A stretch of 63,634 nucleotides of DNA. Origin: Prasinococcaceae sp. CCMP 1430 (taxonomy: Eukaryota > Plantae > Prasinodermophyta). A model generated the notes under the pieces. That model was given only the letters and a program-made list of their open reading frames with translations. It did no database searches and was not told the DNA's origin. Numbering within the stretch: the stretch's first letter is position 1; each line of letters starts with the position of its first letter. A program made the translations under genes and the position numbers. This document shows positions 11,239 through 22,817 of this stretch, piece after piece. Location: contig RQSC01000014.1 of assembly GCA_013416795.1 (NCBI GenBank), positions 579,655-643,288 on the forward strand, given 5' to 3'.

Positions 11239-11838
11239 CGCCGCGGACGCGAGGCCGCCGCGCGCCTGCGCCGGCACGGAGCGGCGCGGCGCGGCCAGAA
11301 GCCGCGCCAGCGGCAGCGGCCACGAGTCTGTCCGCGCACAGAAGGGGGGCGATGTCTTCGTGGAAGGGAAGGGGGGGAAGGGGGGGAGGGAGGCGCGCCC
11401 CCCGCCGCGGCCCAAGCGCAGGGGCGCGCACTCTGGCGAGCGCAACCAACTGCCGGCGGCGCATTCGAGCTCATTTGAGCGGGGCGCGCCTGACTCTGAG
11501 CGCACCGGAATGCGTTCTGATGGACGATCCGGCCTACTGTGGGGCCGCGAGCTGGCGAGGTGATGGGCGATCCGGCTGCCAGGGCGATGATACGATTGTC
11601 GGCGCGCGCGAAGAAGCAGCAGGCGCTGTTGGCGCGTGCGCGCGGCCACGGACTGAGGCGCGGCAGTGCCGCGCGTGGCGGCGCCCCCCCCCTCCCCCAA
11701 TCACTACCAGCATTCACATCGCCAGGGGGTGCCGGGTGCCGCGCCGCCGTCGGCGGAGCGATGGGCGGCCAGCAGCGCCGCGAGCGCGGCGCAGCAGCGC
11801 TCGGAGGCGCTCATGCACGGAGGCGCCGCGACGCGAGG

Positions 11839-13478
11839 ATGCCATGTTCGCAACGCGTTGCGGTCGCGCTCGCGGCGGCCCTGTGTGGAGCTGCTGCCGT
11901 CGGCGTGTTGACGCACAGACTTGCCAGTGCACTTGCCCAGCTGTCGTCGTCTGAGCTTTTCTCCGGCACGCTCGTCCCGCGGCGGGGACTTGCGTCGCGA
12001 GCGGGAGCGGCGAAGTTCCGGGCGACTGGTGCACTTCCAAAGGGTCACCGCTCGCTCGCATGGGCGAGCGACGCGCCGCGGTGCGACGTGCTGCTCGCGT
12101 CTACAAAGGTGCTACCATCACGCTGCGCCGATGAAGAGGGTGTGAGGGCGCAAAACGTCAGCAGTGGGGGGCGCTTGCCTCTTTTGATCACGGGCACGGG
12201 TCGCAGTGGCACAAAATTCGCGACGGACCTGCTGCAGCGCATGGGCATGCATATTTCGCACGACGACGCGCCGCCGGGGCCCGACGGCGCGTGCAGCTGG
12301 GTGCTGGCTTTCAAAGCTACCCGCGGCCGCTTTGAGCACCCGCTGCGCCGCGATTGCGACTACCCTTACTTTGCTCCCAATCTCAATGGCGCCCGCTTTG
12401 GCCTCGTACTGCACCAGGTAAGCTGCTCTGCGCCACCCGCAGAGCTGCCGGCTGATCTTCCCCTGATGTCGTTCAGTCTCTGATGCCTTCTTTGTCCTCC
12501 ACGCATTTCTAGGTGCGCAATCCGCTCGATGTCGTTGCGAGCAGGGTCACCAATGGCTGGCTCTTTCAGCAAGGCGGGTATGTCGATCGCCACACAGCGA
12601 TAGGCAACGCTGTCACCTCCAGCCACTCGCGCGGAGGCGGTGGCACGAGCATAGGCGGGACGCAGAGGAGGCTGCTGGGGGGAACAGGCGGGCTCGAGTT
12701 CGATCACAGCAAAGAGATCGGCGCCCGTGCGAACTTCACTGACTCTGAGCGCCGGGCGCTGCTGAAGTCACTCCAGCACTGGGTCACCTGGAATTCCTTC
12801 GTAGAGCGGATAGCTGATGCCAGATATCGCATGGAAGACCTGGCATCCGACGTTAGCCTCGCAGGAGCTGTCTGCGAGGTTGCGGCGACGGCAGTGGCGG
12901 CCATTCGGAGTGGCGATGAGCACGCCGCTGCTTCTCTTCGGTTGGCTAGTGCTCGCTTTGATGCGCAGCCATCGTTGACCGGCACGACCAACGATGAGGA
13001 CATCGCCCGCGAGTGCCCAGGCTACGCGTCCCTGCGCGCCGCGTTCGCGTCTGCCGGCGGGGGGGCAAGGGTCGTGTGCCCACCAAACAGCCGAAAACCT
13101 GAGTGCGTCAACTCGTCCAGCACAGGTGCGGGAATGCGCGCGCGCACCGCATCCAAATAGTGCAGCAGAGGCGAGCAAGTATGCTGACGCTGCCGCTACG
13201 CGCACTGCGCCGTCACTACGCTCTCTGCCACTGCGCGCCTTCCCACCCCCAAAGACGCTGCGCAGGGCGTCGCTCGCTCCAGGCTGACCTGGAGGGACAT
13301 GTACGACATCGACGAGGACTTCGCTGCTATGGCGATGGGGATGGCGCGAGAATATGGGTACTTCGTCGGCGAGCAACAAGATCCATTCACACCCCGGCCT
13401 TCAGCCAAGGGATGCGGCTTTGGCGTCGGCAGCGCCGATCAGCACAAGTGGGGCTGCGTGGCCTTGCACGCGCGCTAG
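11839..13478 (+). CDS. Type II membrane sulfotransferase-like protein; exons 11839-12417, 12513-13125, ~13255-13478 (third exon tentative)
   Basis: N-terminal hydrophobic anchor, 5'-PSB-like ITGTGRSGT, and 3'-PB-like HQ|VRNPLDVVAS across a clean intron 12418-12512. A downstream same-frame segment LTWRDMYDIDEDFAAMAMGMAREYGY ends at TAG 13478. Confidence 0.65.
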
Positions 13479-13700
13479 CAGCTCGCCGTACTTGGTCGTG
13501 AGCGTGCATGCGTTGTAGTGCGCGGTCGCGCGACCGTGCGGCACGCGCGGTGGGGCGCGCACAGTAGCAACAGCTGGCGAGCGCTGCCGGATGACGTCTG
13601 CAGGGAGCAAAAATGGCCCGCGGGGAGCGGTGTACGTTACATGTGTGCCCGGGCGATGCACGCGCGTTGCCGTGCCGCGGAGAAGCATGGAGTCCAGCCC

Positions 13701-15173
13701 TTACTTGGTGGTCTTGGCCCTCTTCGCAGCCGGGACGTCGGCGCCGGCGGCGTTGCGGTCAAAATGCGAGCGCAAGCCCTGCCAGCACTTGTAGTAGTCT
13801 GCGTCGCGGTGGTCCGCACTGAGGGCGTGCGGAGCGATGCGTGGCGTGGCATTCACCTCGAACATGAAGGCCAGGGTGTCGTCCGGTAGCCGGTGCGGAG
13901 GGTCCTGGTTGTCGCCTCCACGACCGCGCGCGACTTCGGTCTCGAACGAGGTCGTATCAGGTCCGTGCGGCGTCATGCACATGTGCAGGCTTGCGCCTCC
14001 CGGCTGAAAGCCACCCTTGCCGGCCTCCTTGGCCTCGTACTCGCCGCGGATGAGCCCCATGAATTCGTTCATGGCGTTGCGGTGATAGTACGGCGGCCTG
14101 AAGGTAGCGACGCTCACGCTCCACCTGGGCGGAAAGATGACGAAGTCGGCGACGGCGGTGCCGGGCGTTGCGGATGGTACCGTCAGCACTGTGAAGATGG
14201 AGGGATCCGGGTGGTCGAACATCACGGCGTTCACTGGGCAGAACTTGCTGAGGTCGTACTTATACGGGTAGTAGTTGCCATGCCACGCCACGACATTGAA
14301 TGGCGAAAATGGCTGGCGCGCCTCGAAGAGCTGCCCCTCGAATTTGTGCAGCACTCTGAAGCCACCGCCCCCCCTCGACATGTCATGTCGCTCGTCCGTC
14401 TCCTCGAACCACGCCTCGGGCGCGTGAAAGTCGCGCTCCGCCGCCAGGCCATTCGCGCCAATCGGCCCCAGATTGGGCAGCTCGAACCTCCCCGAGTACA
14501 CCTCCAGAATATAGCCCCTCGCGGCGGTGCTCCCGGAGGCACCGGGCTCAAGCTTCACAGCGAAGCGGACGCCGCGCGGCATCACGCAAATCTCGGTCGG
14601 GGCCACGCGCAGCCTTCCGAACTCGCTCTTGATCCGCAGCGCGCCCTGCTGTGGCACGATGAGGAACTCACCGTCCGCGTTGCACAGGCAGCAGTCGTCC
14701 ATGGACTTGTTGCACGCGTACATGTGCATCGCGTAGCCGCTCTTATCAGCGCTGCTACCTGCACCGCACATCGAGTACAGGCCTCGCACGAAGTCGGTCG
14801 GCGCGTCCGGGCCGGGCACTTCGAGCGGGTCCCAGCGCAGCTGGTTAGGAGTAAGGTGGGCCTTGCCGAAGTCGCCGACGAGCTTCTCGGGCGTAGGTGC
14901 CGGCGCAAAGGGCTCGTGCGTCACGCTCGGGCGGATGCGGTACAGCCAGGCCTTGAAGTTGTCCTTGCGTGCCATCGTGAACGCGGTGCCGCTGAGCTGC
15001 TCGGCGTAGAGCCCGTACGCGCACACGCGCGGGTTGTTGCCGCGCGCCGGCAGCGCGCCGGGCAGCGCCTCGCTCGAGAAGGTGTTGCCGAAGCCGCTCT
15101 GGTAGCTCAGGTCGGCCCACTCGCAGGCGCCCTTGTCCGCAGGCACGCCCATATCGATCGCCCCGCTCCCCAT
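13701..15173 (-). CDS. HGD: Homogentisate 1,2-dioxygenase, single exon
   Basis: YQSGFGN, YGLYAEQLSGTAFT, WLYRIRPSV, PNQLRW, PFNVVAWHGNY, DHPDPSIFTVLT, and Fe ligands in YYHRN..NEFMG and PHGPD. Confidence 0.96.
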   Translation of the reverse strand: MGSGAIDMGVPADKGACEWADLSYQSGFGNTFSSEALPGALPARGNNPRVCAYGLYAEQLSGTAFTMARKDNFKAWLYRIRPSVTHEPFAPAPTPEKLVGDFGKAHLTPNQLRWDPLEVPGPDAPTDFVRGLYSMCGAGSSADKSGYAMHMYACNKSMDDCCLCNADGEFLIVPQQGALRIKSEFGRLRVAPTEICVMPRGVRFAVKLEPGASGSTAARGYILEVYSGRFELPNLGPIGANGLAAERDFHAPEAWFEETDERHDMSRGGGGFRVLHKFEGQLFEARQPFSPFNVVAWHGNYYPYKYDLSKFCPVNAVMFDHPDPSIFTVLTVPSATPGTAVADFVIFPPRWSVSVATFRPPYYHRNAMNEFMGLIRGEYEAKEAGKGGFQPGGASLHMCMTPHGPDTTSFETEVARGRGGDNQDPPHRLPDDTLAFMFEVNATPRIAPHALSADHRDADYYKCWQGLRSHFDRNAAGADVPAAKRAKTTK

Positions 15174-17427
15174 CGCCGCGCGTTCCCCCGGCCGGTGCCC
15201 CCCCCCTTCCCCCCCCCCCTCGCGCCCGCGCCCGCGCCGCCACGCGGCCGTCTGCGAGGCGCCCCTCACGGGCGGCCGCCTCGCCGGAAGCGGAGCGCTT
15301 GCCTCTCTTCCTCCCTCCCTCCCTCCCTCCTCGGTCGCCTCCCCCCACACACACGCGCCGGCGCCGGCGCGACACGGACGCCCGCGGCCCGCGCGGGCCG
15401 ACCGCCGGCGCGCGCGCGCTGTGGCGCAGCGCGCTCTTTGCCCAGTCGCTCATCAGATCTTTTTTCCCCCCTCTCCTTTTTTGTTGGCTTCTGCCACGGC
15501 AGCGCGCACGGAAAGAACATGCACACGTGTGCACCGGCCGGGCACACATCGATGTGGGCCATCAGTCGAACGCCGGCGACGCGACGGACGCACCCATTCG
15601 ATCGACCCTCGCGGGGCCCGCCTAGCGCAGACCTCCCCTGCTGTGGCGCTCGCTCGCTAGAGAGAGCATCGTGATGGTGCAGTACTAGGACTAGCCATTA
15701 GTCTAGATGCACCCTTATTGAAAAGCATGTAGGCATGTGTTTATCCCACGGGAGAGTTTTAAAAAAAAACGCGCCACCCGGTGCGCGTTCGAGTGCCCGA
15801 GTTCGGCCTCCCCCTTCCCCCCCGCGCCCGGGCGAGCCAGCTGGCCTGTCCGGCGTGGATCCGGCCGCGCGGGGCGCGCGCGGGGGGCCGTGCGCGGGAT
15901 CGCTCGGGGAGGATTCGAATCGGGGGTTCGGGGGCGCGTTCGGGGCGGCTCCGGCCGGTCTCGCTCGCGTTTGCGACGCGCCAATCGGCGGGCGAGGTTC
16001 AAAGTGATGGCGAGGGCTCGGACATGGGTGGGAGCCGAGCCGCATGGGAGGGCAGTCCTTCTTGAGAGAGAGAGAGGGAGAGGGAGAGGGGGGCCCGACG
16101 AGGGCCGCGAGGAGTCCTGCTGCCCGGCCTCCTCGGCCGCGGCGTGGCGCCACAGGGCACACTCGGGGCGCGGCGCCCCGAGCGCGCTCCCCCCGCCCGC
16201 ACGAGCACGCTGCCCCGCAGCCATCGAGGGGGCCGCCGCGCGATCCGCCCGCGCGCGCGCTCGGCGCCCCGCAAAGAGGGTCTGGAAAAGTCCGCCCCCA
16301 TAGCTCACATGGCATTCAAAGACGCGGGCGCCGCGCGGGGGGGAAGGGGGCGGGAGGGTTAAGGTTTCGATCGAAACCCCAAATGCAGCGGGGCGCGCGC
16401 GCGCGCGTGGCGCGACGGGGGCGCGCCGCGGAAGCGCGCGATCGAATTATGGGAATCCCGTTAAAAGTAATTACAAAATTATATCTTAGAGACCTTTAAC
16501 GCGCTTCGAAAATGAAACGGGGAAAACGGGGCGTCGCGTGCGTGTGTGTGGCCAGAAGAGCGCGCCCCCGCCGAGGCCCAAAAAAAAAACGCGGCCGAAA
16601 ATATAAAATCAAAATCAAAATGTGAGCACCGCCGTCGGCCCAACGACAACCGCCTTCTGCGCTTCCGGAGGTTTTCGACGCGCGTTGACGCGTTTTTTGC
16701 AGCTCAATTCTTGAAAATAATTCGCGGAAGATCGGTCGAAATCGGCGTCGGCACCCGCCGGTCAAAAAGCACACGGGCGTGGAAAAGTGCACCGGCGTCG
16801 CATCGCGCCCGATCGGCTCCGTGGGAGGCATGGAATCCAAGATGTCGGAATCCATTGGATTCCATATTTCAGTGCGGGGGGAAATAAGTTCAAGTGATAT
16901 TAGAATGATTCGATGGATACGCCGGCATCTGCGCATGCGCCGGCGCGCGCGCGCGCGACGCACACAACGACGGCGTGCGCCGCTGGCGCCCCGCGTGCCA
17001 GCCAGTGCGCGGGCGGGCGACGGGCGGGTAGTTGAGAGGCCGGGGCAGGTGAGGGGAGGGAGGGGGGTGGAGGGGAGGATCGAGGGCGCGGTGCCTGGCG
17101 GTTGGCAAGGGGGGGTTCGAGCGCTCGGCTGCGCGCTGGCGCGCGGCGCGCCGGCGAGCCGCGTTCGCCGAGTTGGCTCGTCGCAGTCGGCGGGGGCCGG
17201 GGAGGCTCCGTCAGGCAGTGGCGCGGCGGGGCACCGCCAGCCGCCGGCTGCCCGCGCGAGGGCCGGGCCTGGGCGGGCCAGACGGGCGAGGCTTAGGCTG
17301 GGTGCCGCTCAGGGGTTGGGCGCGCGGGCGAAAGAGCTCGGGCGCGGCGACACGAGAGCATTGACGCCGTTGCCGAGAGGTCCCGTGCCGAATCCGTCGC
17401 CGCCAGAGCGCGCGAGCAGTTGTAGCC

Positions 17428-18457
17428 ATGGCGGGGGATGAGCACTACTGGCCGGGCGACGAGGAGGGGAAGCTGAGTGTGGTGACCAGCAAAAACAGCG
17501 TAAAGGTGCGCTGCGCGCCTCAATTCGCCGCGTCGCCTAGGCTTGTCTCCGTCCCACGGACGCGCTTCTGGAGTGTTGTTGGTCAACGCCGTCTCACTCC
17601 GCGCCTGGTCAATGCTGGCCCGCACGGCGTGCGCGCGCTGCTCCTGGGAGGGAATCTCGCCTTCTTTCCGCACGAGCGAGATGCCGTGCGTGGACACTGC
17701 CTGGTCTCTGGCGCGAATTGTCGCGTCCGCGTCCGCGCTGCTCACTAACCCGCCCCGCTCCCGTCCTCCCGCATGACCCCCTCTCCCCCCACACACACAC
17801 CCGTCACCCCCCCCGCGCGTGCGTGCGCCAACCGCGCAGGTCATCCTGCTGGGCGACTCCGCGGTGGGCAAGTCGAAGCTGGTGGAGCGCTTTCTGATGG
17901 ATGGCTTCGCCCCGCAGCAGCTGTCCACGTACGCGCTCACGCTCTTCCGATACAACTACAAGGTGCCGGGCGATGCGGACCCGACGGCGGACGGTGCTCT
18001 GACGGGCAAGACCGTGCCCGTTGACATCTGGGACACCGCGGGGCAGGAGCGCTTCTCGACCTTGCACCCGAGCTACTTCTACAAGGCGCATGCGTGCATC
18101 ATGGTTTTTGACGTCACGCGCAAGGCGACGTACAAGCACCTCGAGAGATGGCATCAGGCGCTGCAGGAGTACGCGCCTGACATCCCCACGTTCGTTGTGG
18201 CCAACAAGGTCGACGTGGACTACTCGGTGACGCAGCGGTCGTTTGCGTGGCCCACCAAGCACAGGCTGCCCTTCTTCTTCGTCAGTGCTGCAGACGGGAC
18301 GAATGTGGTCAAGGCTTTCCACGCGGCGGTCGCGGCTGGGCTCAGGCGCAAGGAGTGCCCGCCTGAGGACGTGTACAACGATATCCTCAATCTATTGGAG
18401 GAAGACCAACTCGGGGAGGGCACGCGAGGCAACGTGAGCCTCATAGGCAGCGCCTAA
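17428..18457 (+). CDS. RABL2: Rab-like protein 2 GTPase; exons 17428-17505 and 17840-18457
   Basis: VK|VILLGDSAVGKSKLVERFLMDGF.PQQLSTYALTL, WDTAGQERF..LHPSYFYKAHACIMVFD and VANKVD match RABL2. Phase-0 GT..CAG intron 17506-17839. Confidence 0.92.
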
Positions 18458-19119
18458 GCGAGGCGGCGCAGGCGCGGCAACCTGAGTGGGGGAGGTCACG
18501 GGCGGTGCCCCTTGCAGACGTCGGGGGCGCGCGCGCGTGCGCTGCGGAGTCGAGTGCGGACCACACAATCTCATTCTTAAAACACACACAAGCACCCTAC
18601 CACCGCCCGTCTGGGGCGGGTGTGTACCACCCGAGCGCGCTGCAGAGGCGCCGCTGGGGATGCCATCGCGATGTGCGCAGAGTGCGGCGCGCGCTGAAGT
18701 GCTGCCCTCGTGCTGTGCTCTTTGGCCGCGTGAGGGGGCTCACGCGTGCCACTCCTCCGCCAAGCGGCTTGATCCCGACACGCATTTTGCGAGGCTGTGC
18801 GGCCACTGCTCGCGGGGGGCGCCACACTGCGCGCGTGTCCCAGCAGGCGCATGGTGCGGAGAGGGCGTCACGCAGACGCGACGGGGCGCTGCGAGGGCAT
18901 TCGCTCGCTGGCACGGCGCCAGGTGCGCATGCGCGCGTGATGGCTGCGGAATGCGCTGGGGGAACTGCGGGGGGCGCGAGAGTCTTGGCACAGCCCGGCC
19001 AGCGGGGACGGCGGAGCGGGCGGCCGCACGCGCCACGGCCGCGGCAGTTGCAGAGGCGGCGACATCATCGCTCCACAGCACGCCAGCCAACGCATGCGCG
19101 ACAGCAGGCGCCGTCAGTG

Positions 19120-20625
19120 ACTCTTGAGAGCGCCGGCGTCGGGGGCATCGCCGTCGGGGCCCTCGTGTGCGCTCCGGCGCACACGCAGGCAGCGCGCGAG
19201 GCGTTGATCGCAGCGGGTGCGACACTGAGGAAGGATGGGGTCACGCCATTCGAGCCTTCGCTGTGGGCACCTGCAGACCCGGCTGAGGCTGATGCGCTCG
19301 GCCGCACATTGAGCGTGGCGCGTAGCTCGCCCACGCTCTTCGCAGTGCACGCATCGCATGGCGGCGACTTCGACGCGCCGCTGCTGCTCTGCCCTGATGC
19401 GATGCCGCCGGGCGCGTCGTGGGCGTGGGTACGCGGCCTGCGCATGAACTCGGTCGCGTGCGCGCACCACCGACCGACGAGCGAGGGTTGTGAAGGGTTC
19501 TCGCACTCACACGGACACCGCACGCGCCCATCGCGGCGACAGCAGCAGCACACTGAGGCGGTTGCCGCTTTTGAGGCGACCGCGCGAGCGGGCGGGACGC
19601 CGCACGTGCCGGCGTCGTGTGCCGCGTGCGCCGAGCCACGCTTCACGTTCGCAGAGCTCTTTGCAGGCATCGGCGGTTTTCGCCTCGCGCTGCAGCGCAC
19701 CGGTGGCGAGTGCGTGTTCGCTTCTGAGCTGGACACGCAGGCGCGCGCAACGTACGCGGCCAACTTCGGCCCGGACATGGCACTCTACGGCGACATCACC
19801 GAAGTGCGCGACGCAGAGCTGCCCGCGAGGTGCGATATGGTGGTGGGCGGGTTCCCCTGCCAGTCTTTCTCAGCCCGTGGCGAGCGCATGGGGCTCGAAG
19901 ATCCGCGCGGCCGGCTCTACCTCGAGGTGGTGAGAGCCATGAAAGTGTGTCAGCCGCGCGCCGTGCTCCTAGAGAATGTCGAGAATCTGCTACACGTGAG
20001 CGACGGCCGGGCGCTCGAAGCCATTGTGGACGACCTTGAGGGCGCAGGCTACCGCGTGCGGACGCAGGTCGTCGATGCGTTGCACTACGTACCCCAGCAC
20101 CGCAAGCGACTGTGGTTCGTAGCGTTCAGGGAGGACGTCGCCGCGCGCGCGTTCGAGCGCTTCGAGTGGCCGCACCACACCCCTCCAGCGCCCGGGGGGC
20201 CCTTTCCGCATGCTGTCGCAGATGTGCTCGAGCCAGCAGGCTGTGACTCGGCAGTAGGGTGCGCTCTGAGCGACGAGCACAAAGCAGTCATCGCGAAGCG
20301 TTGTGGTGTCACCGCAGACGGCCATCCACGCTACCGGAGCGCCCCCCAGGGCTTTCCCGCACGGACGCTCATCGCCTCGTACAAGTCGCAAAGCGCGTAC
20401 TACGCAGAGCTCGTCGCGGACGCGACAGCCCAAGGCCCTGGCGAGCCAAGGTACTACACGCCCCGCGAGTGCGCGCGCATCATGGGCTTCCCTGAGGACT
20501 TCAGATTGCCCGAGAACAACCGAGCGTACCACCAATTGGGCAACGCGGTCGTGCCGCAGGTGGTCGAGGCGCTCACCAGAGCTATCGTGGATGCTTTAGA
20601 GATGGATGATGGTCCACCGTCGTGA
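19120..20625 (+). CDS. C5-cytosine DNA methyltransferase, bacterial Dcm/HhaI-like, with N-terminal extension; 5' end probably at ATG 18659 in another frame
   Basis: All catalytic motifs in order: FAELFAGIGG (I), GDIT, GGFPCQ (IV), LLENV (VI), PQHRKR (VIII), YTPRECARIMGFP (IX), YHQLGNAV (X). Confidence 0.88.
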   Translation, partial: TLESAGVGGIAVGALVCAPAHTQAAREALIAAGATLRKDGVTPFEPSLWAPADPAEADALGRTLSVARSSPTLFAVHASHGGDFDAPLLLCPDAMPPGASWAWVRGLRMNSVACAHHRPTSEGCEGFSHSHGHRTRPSRRQQQHTEAVAAFEATARAGGTPHVPASCAACAEPRFTFAELFAGIGGFRLALQRTGGECVFASELDTQARATYAANFGPDMALYGDITEVRDAELPARCDMVVGGFPCQSFSARGERMGLEDPRGRLYLEVVRAMKVCQPRAVLLENVENLLHVSDGRALEAIVDDLEGAGYRVRTQVVDALHYVPQHRKRLWFVAFREDVAARAFERFEWPHHTPPAPGGPFPHAVADVLEPAGCDSAVGCALSDEHKAVIAKRCGVTADGHPRYRSAPQGFPARTLIASYKSQSAYYAELVADATAQGPGEPRYYTPRECARIMGFPEDFRLPENNRAYHQLGNAVVPQVVEALTRAIVDALEMDDGPPS

Positions 20626-20693
20626 CTGCATGTATCTAATGACCCCAAGTATTACCTAAGTCGCGAGGAGGACCGCACGACGTCTCTAGGAAG

Positions 20694-22157
20694 CTAGCAG
20701 CGGTTCTGCACATCGCCGAGCGGCGGCGAACGCGGTGCGCGGCGCCCGCTCTTCGGGCGCGCGCGCGGAGTCACCGCTGGCGCTCCCAGCATTGCCGCGA
20801 GGCTCGTGTCCGCTCCGGCCGGTCCTGGCGCACTGGGCAGGTCCTGATCATCGATTCGAGCCTCCGCCATGGCTCGCGACAGTCGCTCCACCGAAGCTTC
20901 TGGCTGCGGCGCGAAGGCCTCGCCCATGGCTGTCGAGTAGGCGTGCGACAGTGCCATGCCCTGCGAGAGCAGCTTGCCGAGGGCCTTCCGCCGAGGGTCA
21001 TCGACAGACGGACCCGCCTCGGGTCCCAAGATGTTCAGCAGCGCGCCAGCGGCGCACCTCTGCGCCTGCATCTCGTCGCCAAACAGGAGGCCCATCAACG
21101 CTGGCACGGCGTCGCTCTCCCGTATGAGTTTCCTGCTCGCAGCCTCTCTGCTCACGTTCTGTTCCAGCGCCCGCCGAGGTGCAGGTGGGCGGCGCGGCCA
21201 CTTCTGTCAGCGTGCTCGTATTTTCGCAACAGCAGGGGCAACTCCTGCCCACAGCGCACGCGTGTGAAGGCGGCGCACGCAAAACACATCGGACTGAAAG
21301 AGGCCCTTTGTCATCGCACGATCGCCGCTTGCGTGACACACCTGTAGAGCCCCCGCCGCGCTCGCCGCCACGGCGGGTTGGGGCGACTCCAGCAGCGCGA
21401 CGAGCAGCGGGATGCCGCCATGCATGCGGACTGCGCGAATGGCCTCCGCATCCGAGCTCATATTGTGCACCGCGCCTGCAGCGCGCATGCGGACTTTGAC
21501 GCTCTGGCTCGCCAACATAGCTACGAGCGGTCCCACAGCCCCACACTCCCTGACCGCCTTGCGCCCGTGCGCCTGGTAGCAGATTGACTGGATGGCGCCG
21601 GCGGCGTTGGCCTGCGCCGCCAGCGCAGCAGACGGGGCACCCGCACTCACTGGTTTGTCCCCGAGCGCGGCGACGGCCGCCGCCGCGGCGCCCTGGCGCA
21701 ACGCGGCGTCGACGTTCTCGGTTTCGTAGCACGCGTTGAGAAGCACATTGGCGGCCTCTGCCGCCACCTCGAGGCTCGACGGGTCGCGCAGGTGTCGCAG
21801 CGCGGCCGCGACGCCCTCCTCGCCGAACGCGAGACGGTTTGGGCGCTTGCGGCACAGCACCTTGAGCGCGCGCAGGGAGAGCAGCGCCAGCTCTGTGTCG
21901 ATGTCATCGGCTCGTAGGAGGCACAGTAGGCCCTGGAAGGGGTCCTCCTCGTCTGCTCTGCGGAGGTTCGGCGAGTGCTGCGACTCCTCGTTGGCTCGGA
22001 CGAAGCCGCCGAGCAAAGCATTGAGCGAGGCGCGATTCGACGCGGTGGCGGGCGCGCCGGCGAGCAGCGCCGCCTCGAGCGCGTGGCCGCTGCCGTGCGC
22101 GCTCAGGAAGGTGTCCACCTTCTCGAACGACGCCCACTGCTCCGCGCCCTCCGCCAT
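20694..22157 (-). CDS. Armadillo-repeat protein; exons 22157-21342 and 21158-20694
   Basis: Repeated ARM helices (AANVLLNACY, AAGAIQSICY, GAVGPLVAML, AAGAVHNMS, GGIPLLVALL, AAGALQ|NVS, AVPALMGLL, AAGALLNI). Intron 21341-21159 is GT..CAG, phase 0. Confidence 0.8.
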
Positions 22158-22680
22158 GCTGCCCGCGTCCGCCCGCCCGCCCGCCCGCCCGCCCGGGGGG
22201 GTGGCGACGGGCCGCATTTGGCGCGAGCGCGGACCGACTCGGCCGGCCGACCGGGCCCGCGCCGCCAAAAAAAAAAAGCACGCCAAAAAAAAAAAGGCGA
22301 AACCTCAACCTCCGCGGGACCCCCCCAGTCAAAGCGCACGCAACTCCGACCTTATGGGGACCCTGACGGCGTGACCGCAAAGGGGCGCATACAGTACTGT
22401 GTAAGGGTGGGCGGCGTCAGAGCCGGAGCCGCCGGGGGATCCCACTGCTCCGCCCGCGTCGGCGCTGACCCCAAACCTCCCCGACGCCCGCCGCGGCGCT
22501 CCCGCGTGCCGCGCGACCTCCGTACCCGAACGCGGCGCGAGGCCTCGCGGACCCTGCGGACCCTGTCGTGCCCGTGGCGCCGCGCGGGTGGATCACGCGG
22601 CGCGCCGCGTGGCGCCCGACGCGTCGGCCGTCCTGCGCGCAGCAGTCCCACGCCGTGGCGGCGGAAGAGGACCAATAGCC

Positions 22681-22817
22681 GAATAGGAATAGGAATAGGA
22701 ATAGGAATAGACTAGCTAGACTAGGGACTACTGTACAGTCAGCCCCAACACATCCGGGAGGTCCCATCGAGCTTCCCCCGGAATAGGAATACTGGAATAG
22801 GAATAGGAATAGGAATA
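22681..22817 (+). repeat. (GAATAG)n hexamer tracts at 22681-22710 (5 copies) and 22781-22817
   Basis: Directly visible tandem repeats in an AT-richer intergenic island. Confidence 0.9.

Noticed and set aside
15684-15713. Helitron 3' end (hairpin + CTAG)
   Set aside because: The hairpin is AT-rich and directly adjacent to CTAG rather than about 10 nt upstream; no matching 5' TC end or Rep/helicase was found.
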